Below, one piece after another: positions 58,879 to 64,000 of a stretch of DNA of 64,000 nt. The stretch comes from Myxococcota bacterium (GTDB lineage: Bacteria > Myxococcota_A > UBA796 > SXON01). The stretch spans positions 79,911 to 143,910 of the forward strand of contig JAZKFH010000008.1 in the NCBI GenBank assembly GCA_040386535.1, read 5' to 3'. Every line of letters begins with the position of its first letter. Within the stretch, counting starts at the first letter, position 1. The notes below the pieces were generated by a model. That model was not told the DNA's origin, made no database searches, and saw only the letters and a program-made list of their open reading frames with translations. The position numbers and the translations under genes were made by a program.

Positions 58879-58957
58879 GCGGCCGCGCGTCACCGACCCT
58901 GTCGCCGCAGCGGCACGCGTCCTCGCGCGACCGTCTGCCCTGGCTCCCCCGGCCCGC

Positions 58958-59851
58958 CTACATCGGCACGATCGTCGTCTCCTCCCGCCACTCGTCCGGG
59001 TCGAGGTCGACCGGCTTGCCGCCCTCCACGCGCAGCACCAGCGTCGTGATGTTGTCGTCGCTCTCCGAGGCGATGGCGCGCTCCATCAGCGACACGGCGC
59101 AGGCGGTGGGCTCGGGCACGTTGCGCAACAGGTCGCCGATCCAGGCGTCCTCGACGCGGCCGGAGAGGCCGTCGCTGCAGAGCAGGACCCGGTCGTCCGG
59201 GCGGAGCGCGACGGTGCCGGTGTCGATGCCGCGGTCGATGCGCAGGCCCTCGTCGTCCCCGAGGCCGCGCGAGCCGTAGACGAAGTTCTGGGCGAGGTGG
59301 TCGGGGTGGAGCGGCACGGGGCGGCGGTCGCGGCGGGCGAACTCGCCGCGGGTCTGGTCGCGGGTGAGGCGCGTGATGCGCCCCTCGCGCCAATGGTAGA
59401 GGCGGCTGTCGCCCACGTGGGCCCACGTCAGGCGGTCGCCCAGGAGCCAGGCCACGGTCAGGGTGGTGCCCATCTTCACCTTGCCGCCCACGGCCACGCG
59501 CGCGCGGAGGCGCCGATGCGCGTCGAGCAGGAAGTCCCGCAGGGTGGCCTCGGGATCGGGCGGCGGCGGGCGCAGGTACAGGCGCGAGAGGGCCTGCACG
59601 GCGGCGGAGGAGGCGAGGTCGCCGTCGTCGTGGCCGCCCATGCCGTCCGCCACGGCGAGGAGGATGCCGGTGGCGCCGGGCGCCTCGGTGATGACCTCGG
59701 TGTCGCCGTCACGCCAGCGGATCCGGCCGTCGCGACAGACGAGGTAGTTGTCCTCGTTGCGCGCGCGCCCGCCACGGGCCTCGCCGATCCCCACGGAGCA
59801 CACCAGCCCCACGAGGTAGCGGGGCGCGGTGGAGGGAGGAGGGATGGTCAT
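58958..59851 (-). CDS. PP2C-family Ser/Thr protein phosphatase
   Basis: RARNEDN, VADGMGG, HVGDSRLY, LCSDGL, DNIT. Confidence 0.95.
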   Translation of the reverse strand: MTIPPPSTAPRYLVGLVCSVGIGEARGGRARNEDNYLVCRDGRIRWRDGDTEVITEAPGATGILLAVADGMGGHDDGDLASSAAVQALSRLYLRPPPPDPEATLRDFLLDAHRRLRARVAVGGKVKMGTTLTVAWLLGDRLTWAHVGDSRLYHWREGRITRLTRDQTRGEFARRDRRPVPLHPDHLAQNFVYGSRGLGDDEGLRIDRGIDTGTVALRPDDRVLLCSDGLSGRVEDAWIGDLLRNVPEPTACAVSLMERAIASESDDNITTLVLRVEGGKPVDLDPDEWREETTIVPM

Positions 59852-62800
59852 CCGGCGGTGAACCGGTACACGGCGTTGCCGACGATCAGGCCGTCACCCG
59901 GGCGGAGGTGCACGCGGGAGCCGTCCTCCGGGAGGGTCTGCCAGGGGCGGTCTCCCGAGCGGTGGAACAGCGGGAGGAAGGCGCCGCCGCTCTTGTAGGT
60001 GGACAGGTAGTCGGACATGCGCAGCTCGGCGCCGTCGAAGCGGAACGTGGCGACGATGCGCCCGAGGGCGACGCGGCGATCGGCGCGCAGCGGGAACCCC
60101 AGCGTGAACAGCGCGGTCACGAGGCGGTCCGACGTGTCGATGGCGATCAGGCGGGCGCGCGGATCGGGCAGCGTGTCGTCCGCCTCGAGCCGGAGCACCA
60201 CGTCGAAGTCGGGCTCGAGGTTCGCGTCGCGACGCACGATGGTGAGCTCGGCGCCGCCGAGGTCATCCGTGCTCGCGACGTCCGCACCCTTGACCCGCAA
60301 GCTCGCCTCGCCCTCCTGGAGCAGCTGGACGTTGCCCTTGCGGCCGCGCGTCGAGAGGCGGAAGTAGTCGAGCGTGAGGAACGCCTGCTCCTTGAACGCG
60401 CGCACCTCGGGGACGACCACCTGGGCGCCGGTGTGGTTGCCGACCACGACCTCGCCGCTCACCATCCAACCGACCTGGAGCAGCCGCGCGGGCCGCGCCA
60501 GCTCGAGCTTCCAGCGGGCCTCCTCCACGGCGAGCACGGGCTCGGCGGGATCGGCTCCCTCCACCTCTTCGAAGAGCGGGAGGTCGGGGGCAGGCGGCGC
60601 GGCGGGGGCCGGCGCGGGCGGCGTGGGGACGATCGGATCCTCGTCGTCGAGCATCATCGGCGGGGGCGGGCGCTTCGGATCGAAGGCGGGAGCGGCCGGG
60701 GCGCCGGTCTGCGGCGGGGTCGAGTCGCGCGGCGAACCGTCCGGACGGGCGAACACGCGGGCCGAGCCCAGGGTGTCGGGCCCGCGGTTGCCACGCCCCG
60801 TGCCGGCCATGCCGAGGCGCGCGGGGCCTGGGGCGGGCGGCGCGCCCTCGTGCATGTCGGGCAGGCTCGCCGCGCTCTTGAGCCGGCGGGGCTCGGGGGC
60901 GATGTCCGGCGCGCCGTGGCTGGACGCGGGCGGCACCGGGGCCGCGAGGATGGGCGGGGGCGGCGGGGCGCCGGCGCCGTCACGCGTGGACGACGACGGC
61001 CCGTTGAGCCGGGGCGGCCGGGGGGCGGGGCCGGCCTCGCCGAAGCCCGCGGCGACGGCGGGATCGTAGGTCATCGCGCTGGTGACGGGGCCGGGGCGGG
61101 TGGGGAGGAGCTGGGGCTTGCCCGGGCCGGCGGCCCCGGCGGGCTCGATCGGCAGCGGCGGCGGCCGGAAGTTGGGCGGCAGGTCCGCCTTGGCCGCGGT
61201 GCCGTCGTCGAAAACCGTGGCCGCTTCGTCGTCGAGGCGCCCGCCGCCGCGCGGGTTCACGGGCATGTCGACGAGCGCCGCGAGCTCCTCCGCGGAGGGC
61301 GGCCGGGGCACCTCGGGCATGACCGGGGTGGACATCGGGGCGCCGGCGATCGGCGGGTAGGACACCTGGAAGAGCACGTTGCCGACGAGCACCTCGTCGT
61401 TCGGGCGCAGCTCCAGCTCGTGCTTGCCGTCGGCGGTCTCCCGGGGCGCGAGCGAGAGGATCTGCCCGTCGCGACGCACGAACGTGTAGCAGTGGCGCGC
61501 GAGCGAGCGGAGCACGGGCTCGCTGGCGAGGTCGAGCTCGGCGTGCTCCGACGCCACCATGATCGAGTCGGTGTAGAAGCGGCTCTTGGGGATGTCCCCG
61601 GTGCGCGACCGGATCGTGGTGCCGCCGCCGACCGACGAGAGCCACGCGATGTTGTCGTTGTGCGGCTCGTCGGGCAGGCGCACCTGGCAGCGACGGTCGC
61701 GCCCGACGCGGAACACGCCGCCGAAGTCGAGGTAGGTGCCGGCGCCGGGGCGGCGCAGCTCGCCGAGGTAGGGCCACCCCTCGGCGCGGATCCCGGTCAG
61801 GTCACGGTATTGGAGCGTGTGCCCGTCGACGTCGATCTCGACGGAGCCGGAGAGCGGCGTGACCGCGCCGATGGGCTGCGGGCGCCCGTCGATCCGCACG
61901 CCCTCTTCCGAGACGACCACCGCCACCTTGCCGCTGCGCACCTGGAGCGTGGCGCGCGGATCGGGCATCTGCGTCGCGATGCGGCCGCCGCTGCCGATGT
62001 AGACGTCGTACCCGTCCATAAAGTTGGCGAAGTGCACCTTCTGCAGCAGCGCGCCGCGCTCGTGGAGGGTCAACATGCGCCCCTCGATCGCGTCGGGGAT
62101 GATGGTGCGCTGGAGCGCCTCGCGCCGCTGCATCGACGAGGCCGTGGGGCCGACGGGGGCGTTGTTCTGGGCGGTGGCGTCCGCTTCGTCCGCGACCTCG
62201 ACCGCCGTGGGGCCGAGGCCGGCGCTGCGGAGCGCGGCGAGGGGCACGCCCACGGTCATCCCGGGGTCGACCATGATCGGCGTCTCGACGACCGCGAGCA
62301 CCAGGTAGGCCACCGGCGTGCCGTTGCGCTCGGCGAGCGTGAGCACGGAGGCGCCGCCGTCGAGCGCGTCGCTCCGCACGAAGTAGCGGTCCTGCAGCTC
62401 GGGGCTGATCACGTGCACCAGCGACCCGTCGGGGAACTGCTGGAGCCGGTACAGGCCGGGCTCGCGCAGCGCGGGGTGGTGGAAGTTGTCGAGCCAGTGG
62501 CGGCCGAGCGTGTAGAGGATCTGGTCGCTGTAGAGCCGGCCCACCTCGCGGTAGCCCTCCCACGCGCCGGGCAGGTGCAGGTGCACCGCGAGCACGGGGC
62601 GGCTGCGGGGCGCGGGGCCGACGTAGAGGTTCGGGAGCAGGCCGGTGATGAACTCGCCGGGGCCGAGGCCGAAGGAGTGGCCGAGCATGTCCTGCCCGCC
62701 GTCGGCGACGAACCAGAAGCGCAGCGGCCGCGTGCCGTAGAGCAGCTCGAAGCGCTCCTTCTGCGTGTACAGCGCGAATTTCTCGCTGATCGCGCGGGCG

Positions 62801-63135
62801 GCCCGCTCGGTCCACGGCTCGCCCTCGACCTGGGCGGCGCGACGCGCATCCGTTTGGTTGAGCACCACGAGCACGTCGGTGAACGACGCGACGCCCTCGC
62901 CGCGCTCGGCGTGGATGTGCGAGCGCAGGCCACCCTTGCGGCCGTTGTAGGACACGGTGGCCCAAAGCCACGTGGGGGTCTCGACCAGGTCCTCGTCGCT
63001 GCGGTGTTTCCGCAGGCGCGAGGCGTAAAAAGCGCTCGCCGGATCCCGGTCGATGACCACCTCGGCGCCGCCCGACAGGCCCTGCGTCTGGTCCGTCGAG
63101 AAGATCCGGGAGATGATGTCCGACAGCCTGTTCAT
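59848..63135 (-). CDS. Large cytoplasmic protein with several FHA-like domains and a Pro-rich linker
   Basis: ATG 63135 after GGAG; VGRDRRC...VASEHA...NDEVLVGN; C-terminal HLRPGDGLIVGNAVYRF; ATGA overlap with PP2C. Confidence 0.8.
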   Translation of the reverse strand: MNRLSDIISRIFSTDQTQGLSGGAEVVIDRDPASAFYASRLRKHRSDEDLVETPTWLWATVSYNGRKGGLRSHIHAERGEGVASFTDVLVVLNQTDARRAAQVEGEPWTERAARAISEKFALYTQKERFELLYGTRPLRFWFVADGGQDMLGHSFGLGPGEFITGLLPNLYVGPAPRSRPVLAVHLHLPGAWEGYREVGRLYSDQILYTLGRHWLDNFHHPALREPGLYRLQQFPDGSLVHVISPELQDRYFVRSDALDGGASVLTLAERNGTPVAYLVLAVVETPIMVDPGMTVGVPLAALRSAGLGPTAVEVADEADATAQNNAPVGPTASSMQRREALQRTIIPDAIEGRMLTLHERGALLQKVHFANFMDGYDVYIGSGGRIATQMPDPRATLQVRSGKVAVVVSEEGVRIDGRPQPIGAVTPLSGSVEIDVDGHTLQYRDLTGIRAEGWPYLGELRRPGAGTYLDFGGVFRVGRDRRCQVRLPDEPHNDNIAWLSSVGGGTTIRSRTGDIPKSRFYTDSIMVASEHAELDLASEPVLRSLARHCYTFVRRDGQILSLAPRETADGKHELELRPNDEVLVGNVLFQVSYPPIAGAPMSTPVMPEVPRPPSAEELAALVDMPVNPRGGGRLDDEAATVFDDGTAAKADLPPNFRPPPLPIEPAGAAGPGKPQLLPTRPGPVTSAMTYDPAVAAGFGEAGPAPRPPRLNGPSSSTRDGAGAPPPPPILAAPVPPASSHGAPDIAPEPRRLKSAASLPDMHEGAPPAPGPARLGMAGTGRGNRGPDTLGSARVFARPDGSPRDSTPPQTGAPAAPAFDPKRPPPPMMLDDEDPIVPTPPAPAPAAPPAPDLPLFEEVEGADPAEPVLAVEEARWKLELARPARLLQVGWMVSGEVVVGNHTGAQVVVPEVRAFKEQAFLTLDYFRLSTRGRKGNVQLLQEGEASLRVKGADVASTDDLGGAELTIVRRDANLEPDFDVVLRLEADDTLPDPRARLIAIDTSDRLVTALFTLGFPLRADRRVALGRIVATFRFDGAELRMSDYLSTYKSGGAFLPLFHRSGDRPWQTLPEDGSRVHLRPGDGLIVGNAVYRFTAG

Positions 63136-63174
63136 GCCCGCTCCAGCCAACGGTCCGGGATAACCGGATCGGCG

Positions 63175-63723
63175 ATGGCCGAACGTATCGCGGTGACCGG
63201 CTCGGCTGGTGTCGGGAAGTCCACGCTGGCGCGCCGGTTGGCCGCTGAGCTCGGCGTGCCCTACATCGGCGAGGGCATGCGCGAGTACCTGGAGCGCACG
63301 GGCGACAACCTTCATGCCCTCGGCCACGAGCGCATGAAGGCCCTGGTCCTGCGCCTCTGGGAGGAGCGCAAGGAGGCCGAGGCCGCCGCCACCACCGGTT
63401 TCGTGGCCGACCGCGCCGGCTACGACTTCGGCGCCTTCTGGCTCTACTACCAGTTCGCCGCCCAGGACGCCGACACCGAGCGCCTCCTCGCCGAGGCCCT
63501 CGCCCCCGGCCGTTACGACGCGGTGTACCTCCTCCCCTGGGGCCGCATCCCGCTCGTGGCGGACGGCGTGCGCACCCCCAACCCCTACACCCAGCTCCAC
63601 CTCCAGCTCCTGCTCGAGGGCCTCCTCCGCCGCCACGCGCCCGACACGATCGAGCTGCTCGCGCTCGAGGTCGACGAGCGGGTGGCCGAGGTGCTCGACG
63701 GCGCGCGGGCGCGGCGGGGGTAG
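63175..63723 (+). CDS. P-loop kinase, NadR/AAA_28-like
   Basis: IAVTGSAGVGKSTL, EGMREY, FVADR, YDAVYLL, ADGVR. Confidence 0.85.
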   Translation: MAERIAVTGSAGVGKSTLARRLAAELGVPYIGEGMREYLERTGDNLHALGHERMKALVLRLWEERKEAEAAATTGFVADRAGYDFGAFWLYYQFAAQDADTERLLAEALAPGRYDAVYLLPWGRIPLVADGVRTPNPYTQLHLQLLLEGLLRRHAPDTIELLALEVDERVAEVLDGARARRG

Positions 63724-64000
63724 GCGCGGGCGGCCCTGGGCGCACGGGGCGGCTGGGCGCGTCGGCGCCGGGGGCGCCGCCGCCATCCTGCGGGCGCCGC
63801 CTTCGGCGCCGGTCGGCGCGCCGAGCCGCGCCGGACCGCCCGGCCCCGAGCGGCCGGGCGCCCTCCGGCTGGCTCGCGCGGGGGGGGACGTGAGCTCTTG
63901 CCTGCGGCCACTCGTGGCGTGTTGCTGGGCGTGGCGTCCAGCAACGGCGGATTTGACGGGCAGGTGGTGGGTCGCTGGACTCCCCGTCCAGCAACGCCGG

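Overview
High-GC window, most likely from a Myxococcota-like deltaproteobacterium (inferred from MglA/Roadblock proteins, many FHA proteins, a MYXO-CTERM-like tail and four Asp/Cys-repeat 'MopE-like' surface proteins). It holds about 58 genes and I found no rRNA, tRNA, CRISPR array or intact mobile element. Housekeeping genes include rplU-rpmA-obgE...rsfS-rlmH-comF, ribF-aroE, serA-serC, ETF-QO and lspA-lgt. The best candidate for an undescribed system is 31.6-36.7 kb, a seven-gene small-GTPase module: MglA-like GTPase, DUF4388/TPR, Roadblock, helix-hairpin-helix protein, an HU protein with a RomX-like C-terminal domain, a second Roadblock and V4R. It is divergent from a Cys-rich Crp/Fnr regulator, with a near-consensus FNR box at class II (-41.5) spacing. 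Also notable: an orphan tadC-DUF192-FHA x3-HEAT operon resembling Tad/Kil predation loci, a partial ArsM/DUF547/4Fe-4S/FAD cluster, a probable ATC start codon for rsfS, a 1095-aa multi-FHA-like protein coupled to a PP2C phosphatase, a Uma2 gene remnant and a 52-bp tandem repeat. All family calls come from reading motifs by eye; no database searches were run.
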